Positions 31,519 through 43,784 of a stretch of DNA of 64,000 nt are shown here, piece by piece. Every line of letters begins with the position of its first letter. Positions within the stretch are counted from its first letter, which is position 1. Made by a program: the position numbers and the translations under genes. The notes beneath the pieces were generated by a model, which had not been told where the DNA came from, made no database searches, and was given only the letters and a program-made list of their open reading frames with translations. Location of the stretch: NCBI GenBank assembly GCA_963422265.1, contig OY729416.1, positions 1,280,001 to 1,344,000 on the forward strand, given 5' to 3'. Origin of the DNA: Thermodesulfobacteriota bacterium (lineage in GTDB: Bacteria > Desulfobacterota_D > UBA1144 > Nemesobacterales > UBA2774).

Positions 31519-33006
31519 GTGGTTGAAGAAATTAGAAAATATGGTCTTTTCATAAATGGAGAGGAAGCGGAATCTTTATCTGGAGCAACCTACTGCAGGG
31601 AAAATCCCGCAACGGAAGAGGTGCTTGCCGTGGTTTCAGAAGCGCAGAGAGAAGACGTGGATAAAGCCGTCACGGCTGCCGATAAAGCCTTTGGTGCATG
31701 GTCTAAAACGCCAGTTGCAGAAAGAATCAAACATTTACTGGTAATCGCCAAGCTCTTAGAACAAAACAAAGAAACTATAGCTTTAACCAACACGCTCGAG
31801 ACCGGAAAACCAATTCGTGAAAGCCGATTTGAGGTGGGGGGATGCGTCAGAACCCTTGAATACTACGCCAGCATTGGCAATAGATTAAACGGTGAAACTA
31901 TCTCAGCGTCTGAAGATAGACTAACTATGACGATAAGAGAGCCAATAGGTATTGCCTCCCATATAATCCCGTGGAATTTTCCGCTTCTACTTTCATTTTG
32001 GAAAATAGCTCCTGCCCTCATAGCAGGGTGCACAATAGTACTTAAACCCGCGGAACTTACGCCCTGTGGCATTATAGAAGTAGCAAGGTTTTGTACCGAA
32101 GCGGGACTGCCCGATGGGGTGCTTAACGTTGTCCCCGGTAGGGGGGAAGTTGCGGGGGAGGCACTGGTCAAGCACCACAAAGTAGGAAAGGTCGCATTTA
32201 CGGGATCTACAGAGGTTGGGAAAACGGTTATGAAAAATGCCTCGGATAGCATAAAAAGGGTCTCTCTTGAACTCGGAGGCAAAGCGCCCTGTATAGTATT
32301 TGATGACGCGGATATTCCGAACGCCGTGGAAGCCACGCTCAGAGGGGGCTTTTTCAATCAAGGGCAGAATTGTACTGCGGTAACGCGCTTACTTCTACAC
32401 GAAGACATATATGATAAGTTCCTGCCGCCATTTATAGACCGAGTGAAGAAAATCCGCATCGGAGACCCTAGAAAGGATGAAACTGAGCTTGGGGCTGTAA
32501 TATCAAGGGAACACCTTGAAAACGTAGAGAACTATTTCCTAAAAGGCATAGATGAAGGGGCTAAAGTATTAAGTGGGGGAAACCGTCCTCAGGGGCTTGA
32601 GAAAGGCTATTTTTTCGAGCCAACCGTATTAGCTGATGTCCAGCCCTCCCACGTGGTCGCGCGTGAAGAAATATTCGGACCTGTAGTTGCCATAATCCCG
32701 TTTAAGACGGAAGATGAGGCTGTAACTATAGCGAATGATACAATCTATGGACTTGCAGGAGGTATATGGACTCAGGATATAAACAGGGCGCTAAGGATCG
32801 CAAAACGTATAAAAGCAGGTTATCTCTGGATAAATACTTACGGCGGCATTATCCCTGAAATCCCTTACGGTGGTTTTAAACAAAGCGGGATAGGAAAAGA
32901 ACTCGGAACCGATGGACTTGACGCCTACATTGAAACAAAGGCGGTAAATGTTTTTATAGGAGACAAAATTCCGGTTTGGTACCAGGGAAAAACCTCGAGC
33001 AAGTGA
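31519..33006 (+). CDS. NAD(P)-dependent aldehyde dehydrogenase
   Basis: PWNFP, FTGSTEVG, LELGGK, FNQGQNC, EEIFGP; start moved to GTG 31519 after GGAGG. Confidence 0.93.
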   Translation: MVEEIRKYGLFINGEEAESLSGATYCRENPATEEVLAVVSEAQREDVDKAVTAADKAFGAWSKTPVAERIKHLLVIAKLLEQNKETIALTNTLETGKPIRESRFEVGGCVRTLEYYASIGNRLNGETISASEDRLTMTIREPIGIASHIIPWNFPLLLSFWKIAPALIAGCTIVLKPAELTPCGIIEVARFCTEAGLPDGVLNVVPGRGEVAGEALVKHHKVGKVAFTGSTEVGKTVMKNASDSIKRVSLELGGKAPCIVFDDADIPNAVEATLRGGFFNQGQNCTAVTRLLLHEDIYDKFLPPFIDRVKKIRIGDPRKDETELGAVISREHLENVENYFLKGIDEGAKVLSGGNRPQGLEKGYFFEPTVLADVQPSHVVAREEIFGPVVAIIPFKTEDEAVTIANDTIYGLAGGIWTQDINRALRIAKRIKAGYLWINTYGGIIPEIPYGGFKQSGIGKELGTDGLDAYIETKAVNVFIGDKIPVWYQGKTSSK

Positions 33007-33049
33007 GGGGACTGTAACTGCCTATAGAACCATCCTGCTCACCGGATAT

Positions 33050-34534
33050 CTAAGGTAAATCTGTCGTTCCCATCAGATAGCGGTCGCACTCGCGCGCAGC
33101 CTCTCGTCCTTCATTAATAGCCCACACTATTAGGCTTTGTCCTCGTCTTGCGTCGCCGGCGGCGAACACGCCTTCGACGTTAGTCATATATCGCCCATAC
33201 TCAGCTCTGGCATTCGAGTGCTCATCGCACTTAATACCAAGCTGGTTCAAAACAGCGTCTTCGGGCCCAAGAAACCCCAAGGCTAGAAGTACTAAGTCCG
33301 CATGCCATGCCTTTTCGGTACCCGGCACATCCCTAAACGACTGGCTGCCGTTACTATTAGCTTCCCACCTTATCTCAATCGTATGGAGTTCTCTTAAACT
33401 TCCGCTCTTATCACCAACGAACTTAGTCGTAAGAACCTGATATTTCCTGGGATCTTCGCCAAAAACAGCCATAGCTTCCTCTTGTCCATAACCCAAAGTG
33501 TATATTTTAGGCCACTGTGGCCAAGGGTTATCATGGGCGCGTTCAAGGGGGGGAATGGTTAATATCTCAAATTGTAACAAGCTCTTGCACCCGTGACGCA
33601 TTGCCGTCGCAACGCAGTCGGTTCCAGTGTCCCCCCCACCCAAGACAATCACGTTCTTATCCTTTGCAGATATATAATTGCCGTCTTTAAGACCACTATT
33701 CAATAGGCTTTTAGTATTTGCTGTCAAGAATTCCATCGCAAAATGGATACCGCTTAACTCACGACCCTCTATTTGGAGATCACGAGGCTTAGTCGCCCCG
33801 GTGCAAATAACAACCGCATCAAAATTCTTCACTAAATCCTGAGAGGGGTAGTCTTTCCCTATTTCGGTCCCGGTTACAAACTCAACCCCCTCTTCAGCTA
33901 AGATATTTACACGGCGATTAACTATAGATTTATCAAGATGAGGATTTGGAATACCATACATTAGAAGCCCACCAACCCTGTCCTCCCTCTCAAAAACCGT
34001 CACAAGATGACCCGCTTTATTTAACTGAGCTGCACAGGCGAGGCCAGCAGGTCCCGAACCTACTACTGCCACCTTTTTACCAGTCCTAGAGTCAGGCGGC
34101 TCAGGAACGACCCACCCTTCTTCAAACCCTTTATCCACTATCGCACATTCAATGCCCTTAATCGTAACGGACGGCTCGCTTATCCCTAGCACGCATGATC
34201 CCTCGCACGGAGCTGGACACACCCTGCCAGTAAATTCAGGGAAATTATTAGTTTTATGCAGCCGCTCAAGCGCCTCTTTCCACAAACCCCTGTAAACCAG
34301 ATCGTTCCACTCCGGAATAAGATTATTTATCGGGCAACCTGAAGTTAAACCACCTATAATAGCGCCAGTCTGACAAAACGGCACTCCACAGTCCATACAT
34401 CTTGAGCCTTGAACCCTTAGTTTAGATTCAGAGAGGTGTTCATGAAATTCCTTCCAATCCTTAACGCGTTCAGATGGAGAACGGTCAGGTTCAAGCTCCC
34501 TGCCATGTTCCATAAACCCTGTAGGATCACCCAT
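33050..34534 (-). CDS. gltD: Glutamate synthase small subunit
   Basis: [44 protein letters not shown]. Confidence 0.97.
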   Translation of the reverse strand: MGDPTGFMEHGRELEPDRSPSERVKDWKEFHEHLSESKLRVQGSRCMDCGVPFCQTGAIIGGLTSGCPINNLIPEWNDLVYRGLWKEALERLHKTNNFPEFTGRVCPAPCEGSCVLGISEPSVTIKGIECAIVDKGFEEGWVVPEPPDSRTGKKVAVVGSGPAGLACAAQLNKAGHLVTVFEREDRVGGLLMYGIPNPHLDKSIVNRRVNILAEEGVEFVTGTEIGKDYPSQDLVKNFDAVVICTGATKPRDLQIEGRELSGIHFAMEFLTANTKSLLNSGLKDGNYISAKDKNVIVLGGGDTGTDCVATAMRHGCKSLLQFEILTIPPLERAHDNPWPQWPKIYTLGYGQEEAMAVFGEDPRKYQVLTTKFVGDKSGSLRELHTIEIRWEANSNGSQSFRDVPGTEKAWHADLVLLALGFLGPEDAVLNQLGIKCDEHSNARAEYGRYMTNVEGVFAAGDARRGQSLIVWAINEGREAARECDRYLMGTTDLP

Positions 34535-34611
34535 AAATTCCTCCAGTTATTTCCGCGCCTGCTAAGTGTTACTTGTGAGTAGAGAGTGCAAGGCTAGTAA
34601 CTACAGCACCG

Positions 34612-37600
34612 CTAATTACCGCTGACTCTTGCCAGATCTCTCTTATTTTCTTCAAACGCTGCCATAAGAGCCTCATCTCCACTAAGCCCCGCGTCCTTCA
34701 CCCTATTTATAGCTGCAAGCATTCGTTTGTAGTCCTTAGGAATTACTTTAAGAAACTTCCCATTGAAACTACCCCATTGAGAAAGAATTCCTTTTCCCCT
34801 CTCGCTCTGTGTGCACTCAACGTGCCGCTTTATCATATTCTTAATTTCATCAAAGTCTTCTTCCTCAAGACCTTCCAATTCTACCATAGACTGATTGCAG
34901 AGAATTGAGAAACTGCCTTCTTCGTCAAGGATGTAAGCTATACCACCCGACATGCCCGCGGCGAAGTTCCTTCCCGTAGGACCAAGCACTACAACGCGTC
35001 CCCCCGTCATATATTCACAACCGTGATCCCCAACACCCTCCACTACGGCGTGAACCCCGCTATTTCTTACGCAGAAACGCTCGCCCGCCACGCCACTAAT
35101 GTATGCCTCTCCACCCGTTGCGCCGTAAAATGCAACGTTTCCAACTATAACGTTTTCCTCTGCGGCAAAGGTAGAACCTTTAGGTGGATAGACGATTATT
35201 TTGCCCCCCGAAAGCCCCTTGCCAATATAATCGTTTGAGTCCCCCTCTAATATCATGGTCATGCACTTTGGAATGAAAGCTCCGAAGCTCTGTCCGGCGG
35301 AGCCTTTGAAGTGTAATCGCACAGTATCTTCGGGGAGTCCATCAGAGCCATAACGCCTCGTAAACTCACTACCCAATATGGTCCCGACGGTCCTGTCAAC
35401 GTTATGAATTGGAACAATCGCCTCTACACGCTCTCCGCTCTCCAAAGCAGGCTTACATACCTCCAGTAAAACCGTGTTATCAATTACTCGATCAAGGCCA
35501 TGGTCCTGCTCAATCTGGCAATATCTACCCCAATCTTGCGGCACGTTTGGCTGGTGCAAAATATCAGATAAATCCACTCCACTCGCTTTCCAGTGATTAA
35601 CGGCTTTTCTCATCTCCAGCATATCAGACCTACCAATCATCTCGTCAACCGTCCTAAAACCGAGACGAGCCATAATTTCCCTTACCTCTTGGGCAACGAA
35701 TTGCATGAAATTTACAACATGCCCCGGATCCCCGGTGAATTTTTTACGGAGTTCAGGGTTTTGAGTAGCAACTCCTACTGGGCACGTGTCAAGGTGGCAA
35801 ACGCGCATCATTATACATCCTAAAACAATTAAGGGGGCAGTCGAGAAACCGTATTCTTCCGCCCCGAGAAGAGCAGCAATTATCACATCCCTACCCGTTT
35901 TCATCTGACCGTCAGTCTCAAGCACAACCCTGCTGCGCAAGTTGTTAACTAATAGCGTCTGATGGGTCTCGGCTAGTCCTAATTCCCACGGAAGACCGGT
36001 GTGTTGTATGCTACTCTGAGGAGACGCTCCCGTGCCACCGTCATATCCGCTTATAAGTATTACATCTGCGTGACCCTTTGCTACTCCAGCAGCTATAGTA
36101 CCTACGCCAACCTCAGATACCAGCTTAACGTTTATCCTCGCGTTACAATTTGCATTTTTAAGATCATATATTAGCTCAGCCAGATCCTCTATTGAGTATA
36201 TATCATGGTGAGGGGGCGGAGATATTAAGCCAACGCCAGGCGTGGAGAGCCTAACCTTCGCAATCCACGGATACACTTTCTTGCCGGGTAGCTGCCCACC
36301 TTCACCGGGCTTTGCACCCTGAGCGATTTTAATCTGTATCTCTTCGGAATTAACTAGATATTCACTCGTTACGCCAAACCTTCCCGAAGCAACCTGCTTT
36401 ATTGAACTTCTCCTTATATCTCCATTTGCATCAGGGATATTGCGTGCAGTGTCTTCTCCACCCTCTCCAGTATTACTCTTTCCACCTATCCTGTTCATAG
36501 CTATGGCTAGGCTTTCATGAGCTTCTTGACTAATTGCCCCATAGGACATCGCCCCTGTCTTAAAACGCCTACAAATCGATTCTACGGACTCTACCTCGTC
36601 CATAGGTATTGAGTCAGCGGTATCATCGGTCTTAATATCAAGAAGTCCTCTAAGCGTGCATAGCTCCCTTGATTCATCATTGGCAAGCGCAGCAAATTCC
36701 TTGAACAACTTATAACTGTTAGCACGACACGCGTTCTGAAGCATGTGCACAGACCTAGGGTTAAAAGCATGGTGCTCCCCACCGGGGCGCCACTGATAAA
36801 CTCCCCCTTCATCAAGTGTCCCTGGAACTACTTCCCGCTTAGGATAAGCAGATTCATGTCTTAGACGCGCCTCTTCAGTAATCACTTCTATGCCAACTCC
36901 CTTAATCCTCGTCGGCGTCCAAGTAAAGTGTTTATCAACAAACTCACTGTTAAGTCCTATGGACTCAAATATCTGAGCACCATGGTAGCTCTGAACCGCG
37001 GAAATTCCTATTTTAGACATTATTTTAACTATACCTTTTACAATACCCTTATTGTAGTTCTCTATTGCTTTCTCCTTATCAATTCCCGTGAGCATACTCT
37101 CGTTAACCATGTCCTCCAACGTCTCATAAACTAGATAAGGATTTACGGCGCTTATCCCATATCCTACTAGAAGGGAAAAGTGATGGGTCTCCCTAGGCTC
37201 ACCTGACTCTAGCAGGAGGCCAACCTTCATTCTATTTCCGTTTCTTATTAGGTGGTGGTGTAAGCCCGAAGACGCTAAAAGCGCAGGAATTGGAGCTTTA
37301 TCCTTATCAAAACCCCTATCGGATAAAATCAGCAAATTAGCTCCACTTGAAACTGCTTTGTCAGCTTGATCAAACAAGCGATCCAGAGCCCGTTCAAGCC
37401 CCTCGCTCCCCTTTGAAACTTCATATAATATCGGCAGCGTCACGGACTTAAAATTATCGTTATCTATAGCCTTGAGCTTGTTAAGACTATCGTTAGTTAG
37501 AACTGGGGAAGCCAACCTGATCCTCATGCAGTTCTCGGGTTTTGGGTCAAGTATGTTGCGCTCGGGACCTAGCATAACGCCCGTTGCGGTAATAAGCTCT

Positions 37601-39246
37601 TCACGTATGGCATCAATAGCAGGGTTGGTAACTTGCGCGAATAGTTGCTTGAAGTATTCATATAAAAGCCTTGGCCTTTGGGAAAGAACGGCAATCGGTG
37701 TATCTTTGCCCATAGACCCTACGGGCTCGACCACGTTATTAACCATAGGTGCTATAATTACCCTTAAATCCTCAAACGTATAGCCAAAAACCCTTTGTCT
37801 TTGAAGCACCCTGTCATGGTTGTAATTTAGCTCATCCCGATCTTGGGTTGGAATGCCTTCGGAGCTAGCTTCGGGCATAGGCAAGTTAGTAATGTCAACT
37901 ATGTTGTTATTAAGCCATTCCCTGTAAGGATTTTCACCCACAAGCCTGCTCTTAATCTCTTCATCTTCTACTATACGCCCTTCACTCGTATCAACTAGAA
38001 ACATCCTGCCGGGCTGAAGCCTTCCCTTATGGGCTATCATGCTGGCTGGAACCTCAAGTACCCCAACCTCAGAACCCATAATTACCATATCATCCTTAGT
38101 AACGTAGTAGCGCGATGGGCGGAGACCGTTTCTATCCAGCACAGCCCCTACCTTAGCGCCATCAGTAAATGCTATTGAAGCTGGTCCATCCCAAGGCTCC
38201 ATAAGACAACTGTGGTATTCATAAAAGGCTTTCTTTTGATCGCTCATCGTTTCGTGGTTAGACCAAGGCTCAGGTATCATCATCATAACAGCATGTTCTA
38301 TAGGACGCCCCGCAAGCGTTAGAAACTCAACGCAGTTGTCAAAATTAGCCGAGTCGCTCCCTTCGGGTGCTATTATAGGAAAAGCTTTTTTAATACCCTC
38401 TCCGAATAAATCCGAGGAAAAAACAGCTTGGCGAGCGTGCATCCAGTTGATATTACCCCTCAGCGTATTTATTTCACCGTTATGAACAACGTAGCGATAG
38501 GGGTGAGAACGATCCCAGCTAGGAAAGGTGTTTGTGCTAAATCGAGAATGCACAAGGGCAATGGCGGATTCAATCGTTTCATCACTCAAATCCGGATAGT
38601 AACCCTCAAGCTGCCAGGTAGTGAGCATTCCTTTATATACAACAGTCTGGTGGGAAAGACTAAGCGCATAGAAATACTCCCCACCACTTATACCGGAAAG
38701 CCTAATTTCATTAAGCGCCCTCTTTCGTATTATGAAAAGCTTGCGCTCAAAAGACATATTATCCACAAGCTCACGGGCGCGACGAATAAAAACCTGCATT
38801 GTATAGGGCTCATATTCCCTCGCCGTATCTCCGAGAGAGGAGTTGTCAGTAGGAACTTCGCGCCAGCCTAAAACGGATTGTCCCTCCTCCTCTACTATTT
38901 TTTCGAAAATCTCAATACATTCCCTTCTTTCAGATGGGTCAGGAGGGAAAAAGAATATCCCTACGCCGTATTCATCAAAAGAAGGCAAAGGTATATCCAG
39001 TTCGGAACAAGCTTTTTCTAAGAAAGCGTGCGGTTTTTGAATGAGAATGCCGGCTCCATCCCCCGTGTTAGCCTCACAGCCACAAGCCCCCCTGTGCTCC
39101 AAGTTGAGTAGCACCGTCAGAGCGTTGCGCACTATTTGATTAGATTTTTTACCCTTTATATTTACTACAAATCCGATTCCGCACGAGTCATGTTCAAAAT
39201 TAGGGTCATAAAGTCCCTGCTTAGGTGGAAATCCAAGTGGCTTCAT
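34612..39246 (-). CDS. gltB: Glutamate synthase large subunit
   Basis: [45 protein letters not shown]; 1544 aa. Confidence 0.98.
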   Translation of the reverse strand: MKPLGFPPKQGLYDPNFEHDSCGIGFVVNIKGKKSNQIVRNALTVLLNLEHRGACGCEANTGDGAGILIQKPHAFLEKACSELDIPLPSFDEYGVGIFFFPPDPSERRECIEIFEKIVEEEGQSVLGWREVPTDNSSLGDTAREYEPYTMQVFIRRARELVDNMSFERKLFIIRKRALNEIRLSGISGGEYFYALSLSHQTVVYKGMLTTWQLEGYYPDLSDETIESAIALVHSRFSTNTFPSWDRSHPYRYVVHNGEINTLRGNINWMHARQAVFSSDLFGEGIKKAFPIIAPEGSDSANFDNCVEFLTLAGRPIEHAVMMMIPEPWSNHETMSDQKKAFYEYHSCLMEPWDGPASIAFTDGAKVGAVLDRNGLRPSRYYVTKDDMVIMGSEVGVLEVPASMIAHKGRLQPGRMFLVDTSEGRIVEDEEIKSRLVGENPYREWLNNNIVDITNLPMPEASSEGIPTQDRDELNYNHDRVLQRQRVFGYTFEDLRVIIAPMVNNVVEPVGSMGKDTPIAVLSQRPRLLYEYFKQLFAQVTNPAIDAIREELITATGVMLGPERNILDPKPENCMRIRLASPVLTNDSLNKLKAIDNDNFKSVTLPILYEVSKGSEGLERALDRLFDQADKAVSSGANLLILSDRGFDKDKAPIPALLASSGLHHHLIRNGNRMKVGLLLESGEPRETHHFSLLVGYGISAVNPYLVYETLEDMVNESMLTGIDKEKAIENYNKGIVKGIVKIMSKIGISAVQSYHGAQIFESIGLNSEFVDKHFTWTPTRIKGVGIEVITEEARLRHESAYPKREVVPGTLDEGGVYQWRPGGEHHAFNPRSVHMLQNACRANSYKLFKEFAALANDESRELCTLRGLLDIKTDDTADSIPMDEVESVESICRRFKTGAMSYGAISQEAHESLAIAMNRIGGKSNTGEGGEDTARNIPDANGDIRRSSIKQVASGRFGVTSEYLVNSEEIQIKIAQGAKPGEGGQLPGKKVYPWIAKVRLSTPGVGLISPPPHHDIYSIEDLAELIYDLKNANCNARINVKLVSEVGVGTIAAGVAKGHADVILISGYDGGTGASPQSSIQHTGLPWELGLAETHQTLLVNNLRSRVVLETDGQMKTGRDVIIAALLGAEEYGFSTAPLIVLGCIMMRVCHLDTCPVGVATQNPELRKKFTGDPGHVVNFMQFVAQEVREIMARLGFRTVDEMIGRSDMLEMRKAVNHWKASGVDLSDILHQPNVPQDWGRYCQIEQDHGLDRVIDNTVLLEVCKPALESGERVEAIVPIHNVDRTVGTILGSEFTRRYGSDGLPEDTVRLHFKGSAGQSFGAFIPKCMTMILEGDSNDYIGKGLSGGKIIVYPPKGSTFAAEENVIVGNVAFYGATGGEAYISGVAGERFCVRNSGVHAVVEGVGDHGCEYMTGGRVVVLGPTGRNFAAGMSGGIAYILDEEGSFSILCNQSMVELEGLEEEDFDEIKNMIKRHVECTQSERGKGILSQWGSFNGKFLKVIPKDYKRMLAAINRVKDAGLSGDEALMAAFEENKRDLARVSGN

Positions 39247-39569
39247 AAAAACACCGTCCCGACAGCTATAAATGCGATTATTATTTATATACGTTTAGTT
39301 TGATACAGGATTGACCCGCAATTACCGCTAAACAACTCAATAACAGTCTAATTAAAATAGATGATAAGTCAAAACGGCGAACGTCTGAATCTATATTTAG
39401 TAAACGGAATTACACACTTTCTGTCCTCGCCAGTTCCTTGACAGACAAAAACCCATTTAGCATCTTGCCCAATAAAAAGCCAATGAGTAACCCTAATTTC
39501 ATAAGTGTTGAATTAGGACAAACACTTGTTCAATGCCAATCAAGCCTAGGATTCAGGGATCATTTGGTG

Positions 39570-42500
39570 TCATGTAGCTTCGTTAGCTCTTAAGATATCC
39601 AATGCGCGCTTACGGTGCAGATGCGGATGCGCGAATTGATTGCGGTAGCTGCGCAGGCAACCGTAGCAACTCGAACCACAACCACAGTTTCCCTGAACTC
39701 GCTCCTGTGCGTTGCGAAGCATTGCATTGAAAACGTTCTCCTGTTCCAGTTGCGCCACCAGCCCGGCGCCACCGGGAACATTATCGTAAAGCACAATCGC
39801 TGACTCGCCCGAATGTTTGTCGCCGGTAATCGTCACGTTGAAGTTCGTATCCGGCACGTCCAGCGTCTGTGCCGCGCCAAGCAGGACCGCGTAAGCGACG
39901 GAATACGTGTCCCACTTCTCATGCAATCCCGGAAATTGCAGGCGTACCACGTCCGTTTCCAGCTCATGCCCGAGCGAGAACCGGCCCAGCTCGCCGCCGC
40001 ATTCGGAACCCGAGGGTGATTTGTGTTTTGCGGTCCGCTCGGTCATGTGAGTGCCGCAGGAACGGCAGATATAGAACCCTTCCTTGTTTCTGCCCTCACA
40101 CAGGATGACCAGAGTTCCGGGCAGGGCCTTGGTCACTTGTACGCCCAGCATAGTCCTGGTTTCGGGCTGGACGTCCTTTTTGAATCCTTGAAAGAAAGGC
40201 TGCGTCGTATACAGTCGTCGTGCCCGCCTCTGCGGTTTCTTGGGCTGCGCGAACAGCGGCGTTACGAAACCGAACTTCGGGATAAGATATTTCCGCGCGC
40301 TTACGGACGGATTGTCTTCATTCCATTGCGTGAAGTTGTGTGCCTCGTCATATTGGTACTTCTGGACAAGCCATGCCTTACCTGTTACAGTTTTCACGCC
40401 GCAGGATTTCCACTCCAGCTTGTTGGCAACCACCTTGCCGCCGGGCGCATATTCGGCGATCGCTTGCGACAGGTCCCGCTGGAGGGAAACACCGGTCGGC
40501 TGACCATCTCGGGAGCGGATTTCGAGTTCAACGACATCCACCGGAAACCCGTATTTTGGAATAACGGCTTTACGAGAAAGAAAATTCAGGGTTGATTCTT
40601 CTTTAACGGTATGCATGCGCTCGCCGATACGGGCAATGTAGCGGTCTTTCCCTTGCTCGTAGTATTGCTTTCTGAGCACCTTCATGTCACTATAATCCGC
40701 GCACACTTCTGCTTCCACATCAGCGAATCGACTCTTCGACCCCGCGATCTTCTCGATCCAGGAATCGTCGGCAAGGCCAGTCCCTTCGTGCATGTCCTCC
40801 GGCACGATTTGGCGCAGCGAGTTTTTCAATTCGTCATTACGTTCGCAAAACGCCTTCAGGTCGGACGTCGCACAAGGATGCGACCAGCTTTCAACAAAGT
40901 GCTCTACTTTTTTAAAGCGCATTTCATTTTCCCTGAAGAATGCGGACAGGGCAGTGGCCACCATGTGCCGCAAAACAATTTTCTCGTTCGTCATCCGCAG
41001 GCGTGGCGGATGCACCGTGCCCTTGATCACCCGCTTGACTGGATCTTCGTAGTGATACAGGTCATGTGGATTGCGGCGGCAATAGGTTAGTGCCAAACCG
41101 GGTGTCTCCCGTCGCCCGGCGCGTCCAACGCGCTGGGTGTAGTTGAATGGCTCCGGCGGCACGTTGCGCAGAAATACGACTTCCAAATCGCCGAGGTCAA
41201 CGCCGACCTCGAACGTGGTAGAAGAACTTAGTAGATGGGTGCTGCCGTTCCTGAACCTGTCCTGTCTTTTGCGTGCTTCGTCACTGTTGATCTGCGCGGT
41301 ATGCTCTTCCGCGCGCAGGCGTGGAGGCAAGTCGGCACTCTCGTAGAGGACTCGATAGTGGTTCTCCTTAAGGCGTGCCTGATTGGTGCGCGACAAGGTG
41401 CCAGGGCAACGATTCCGGGGACAAATTCCACGAATATTGTGGTTGCTCACAGTTGCGCAGGTATCACACTCCCAGATCTCGTTAGCCCCGGCGGGTTTGA
41501 TCCGCAGCCAGCGTGGATCGAGACGAAATGTCCCGTTCACCTTTCCGGGCGAAAGGATGGGGTCGTCGGCATGATTCCGTAACGCGCGCCACACATCCTC
41601 CATGAGCTTCGTTGATGCCGATAACTTCTGGTTATCGGCCAGGCCGCTGCCCACGAGCAGCCGGCGAAGGAAATGTCTCACGATCGCGGATTTGGGGCCG
41701 CCCCACTCGAACACGTTTTGCCGTCCTCCCTGAGATCCCAGGCCGCATGCCTGTTGTTTCCACGATGAAACATCGCTCCATTCCGGCGTTCCGGCGCCTT
41801 CCGGCAAACTCATGGCGCGGCGCGGGCGCAATTCGTCCAAGAGATATCCGATCAGGCGATGCGCCTCGTCATTCGTGAAATTCCATGGCGGCTGCCATAT
41901 GGCCTGTGGCAAGCGCAACTCGTCGGGAATCTTGACGAACCACCTGACCAGGCCAACTCCGCTCAAGGATAGCCTTCTTTCGTCTGTCAGCGCCTCGCGC
42001 AGGATCGCCGTCAGCACCTTTCGATCTTTGCCCTCGGAGGTATCGGACGCCTCGAACAGACCGGCCTGTTCCCATTGTCCGCGCAACCGGTTCCTGAGAT
42101 CATCAATGGACAGACCTTCGGGGCCGACCGGCCCCGCCTTGATCGCCCGCAGCATGAGATTGCGGTCGCGCAGCTTTTCGTAGGAGTCCTCGGCGTACCA
42201 GGCGAAGAAGGCGGCTTCCTGACGGCTGTCGGCAAACGCCAGTACCTTGCGTCTGTCTTCCGGCAGTAACTTGTGCAGGGCGGTGGCAATAACCGCGTTG
42301 GGTCCATCGGAGCCATGCACGATCTCTTGCACCGGGTCGCCGATGCCGCCGCGCTGATAGCCGCAGCTCTCGCATTCCTTCAGCTGATCGGCATGTTGTT
42401 GGTGAGACTCGCACTTCTTCACGCGAATTGCCGCTCTGCAATCGCATGCCGGCGTGGACGTTGAGAGCGTGCCGCAGCGCCGGCACAGCCACCTGTCCTC

Positions 42501-43784
42501 ATCCTCCACTGGAAAATAATAATCCACGCCGAATTCTTCCTGGCTGGGATCGCGGATGGCCTCTTTCAGCTTTCCGTCCCGTTCCTTGCCAACATAGTAG
42601 TGCTGGCCGCACTCGCGGCACAGGGCGATTTCCAACGGCTCCGCGTTCAACCCGTTTGTACTTTCCTCCTTACGGTTGAGCACGACAACGTCCTTGCCGT
42701 CTCTATGAATAAGGAATGCTCCTTCGAGTGCCCGCAAAAAGGCGTGGTAGCGGCGTGCAGACTCGTCCTTGGCAGGCGGCTGTAATTCGCCGAAGACGAT
42801 ACCGGGCGCCGAAAAGGGTTCTCCGAAGAGTTCTGCCGCAAACTTCGCCACCACTTGTTTGTCTTCCTCGCCTTCGCCAGAGGAAAGGGTGGCGCTGGTG
42901 GCAATGCAGCGGAATGGATCCTGCCGCCCGCCGTTGCGCAACCGCTGCCTGAGGCGTCGGATCAACATGCCCATCTCCATGCCCTTGGCGCCGCGGTACT
43001 GATGTGCCTCGTCAAGCACGATGAACTGCCAGTGCATGCCTCGGTCGCCGTCGAACAGCCGGCTGTCTTTGGGGCGGATCAGCAGATATTCCAGCATCGA
43101 ATAATTGGTCAGCAGAATGTGGGGCGGTGTATCTCGCATCTCGTCACGGAAGACCAGTTCTCCGTCTAGTCGTCCTTCTGCTTTCGCGTCGGCATTGCGC
43201 CGGCTGTCACTGGCATTCTCGGGCGTCTGGCCAATGTACTGTCCGAACTTCGGGCAGAATGCAGATGCTGACTCGCGCAACTCCTTGCAGATCTTGCCAA
43301 GGCGCTCGCGCTGATCGTTGGCGAGTGCGTTCATCGGATACAGGATCATTGCTCGCACGCCCGGTTCGTCAAGTTTGCCCGCAAGATGCTGACGATACAA
43401 CTCGAACAGGATCGGATAGAGAAAGCATTCGGTTTTACCGCTGGCGGTGCCGGTGGCCACGACGACGTTACGGTCGTCGATATGCGTAGCGCGGATGGCG
43501 CGCTCCTGATGCACGTACAACGGATGCTCGATCAGCGCCGGAAGAAGACCTTCGCCCTCATCCGGAAAGCATTCCCGCGTCAACTCCCGCGCTGTCAATC
43601 CCGTCTTGAATTCCCGTGCCTGTTCGAGATATGGGCCTTTCAGCAGACTCCCTTCTTCTTGCAAGGCGGTCTGGAAAGAGGCTCGCAGTTTCGGTTCCTT
43701 GAAGAAGAACGAAGTCTTCAGGTAGTTTTCGTAACGTTGGCGAATCTTTTCAGGCCAACGCTGTATATCGGTCGCGTCAGGCAT
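39570..43784 (-). CDS. Large SF2 DEAH-box helicase with Zn-binding inserts and C-terminal DUF1998 (DruE/SftH/MrfA-like)
   Basis: LYVHQ, ATGTASGKTE, YPMNALANDQ, TNYSMLEY, LDEAH, SAT, FADSRQ, EEHTAQ, TFEVGVDLG, QRVGRAGR; C-terminal YDNVPGGAG...CGCGSSCYGCL; several CxxC pairs. Confidence 0.92.
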   Translation of the reverse strand: MPDATDIQRWPEKIRQRYENYLKTSFFFKEPKLRASFQTALQEEGSLLKGPYLEQAREFKTGLTARELTRECFPDEGEGLLPALIEHPLYVHQERAIRATHIDDRNVVVATGTASGKTECFLYPILFELYRQHLAGKLDEPGVRAMILYPMNALANDQRERLGKICKELRESASAFCPKFGQYIGQTPENASDSRRNADAKAEGRLDGELVFRDEMRDTPPHILLTNYSMLEYLLIRPKDSRLFDGDRGMHWQFIVLDEAHQYRGAKGMEMGMLIRRLRQRLRNGGRQDPFRCIATSATLSSGEGEEDKQVVAKFAAELFGEPFSAPGIVFGELQPPAKDESARRYHAFLRALEGAFLIHRDGKDVVVLNRKEESTNGLNAEPLEIALCRECGQHYYVGKERDGKLKEAIRDPSQEEFGVDYYFPVEDEDRWLCRRCGTLSTSTPACDCRAAIRVKKCESHQQHADQLKECESCGYQRGGIGDPVQEIVHGSDGPNAVIATALHKLLPEDRRKVLAFADSRQEAAFFAWYAEDSYEKLRDRNLMLRAIKAGPVGPEGLSIDDLRNRLRGQWEQAGLFEASDTSEGKDRKVLTAILREALTDERRLSLSGVGLVRWFVKIPDELRLPQAIWQPPWNFTNDEAHRLIGYLLDELRPRRAMSLPEGAGTPEWSDVSSWKQQACGLGSQGGRQNVFEWGGPKSAIVRHFLRRLLVGSGLADNQKLSASTKLMEDVWRALRNHADDPILSPGKVNGTFRLDPRWLRIKPAGANEIWECDTCATVSNHNIRGICPRNRCPGTLSRTNQARLKENHYRVLYESADLPPRLRAEEHTAQINSDEARKRQDRFRNGSTHLLSSSTTFEVGVDLGDLEVVFLRNVPPEPFNYTQRVGRAGRRETPGLALTYCRRNPHDLYHYEDPVKRVIKGTVHPPRLRMTNEKIVLRHMVATALSAFFRENEMRFKKVEHFVESWSHPCATSDLKAFCERNDELKNSLRQIVPEDMHEGTGLADDSWIEKIAGSKSRFADVEAEVCADYSDMKVLRKQYYEQGKDRYIARIGERMHTVKEESTLNFLSRKAVIPKYGFPVDVVELEIRSRDGQPTGVSLQRDLSQAIAEYAPGGKVVANKLEWKSCGVKTVTGKAWLVQKYQYDEAHNFTQWNEDNPSVSARKYLIPKFGFVTPLFAQPKKPQRRARRLYTTQPFFQGFKKDVQPETRTMLGVQVTKALPGTLVILCEGRNKEGFYICRSCGTHMTERTAKHKSPSGSECGGELGRFSLGHELETDVVRLQFPGLHEKWDTYSVAYAVLLGAAQTLDVPDTNFNVTITGDKHSGESAIVLYDNVPGGAGLVAQLEQENVFNAMLRNAQERVQGNCGCGSSCYGCLRSYRNQFAHPHLHRKRALDILRANEAT

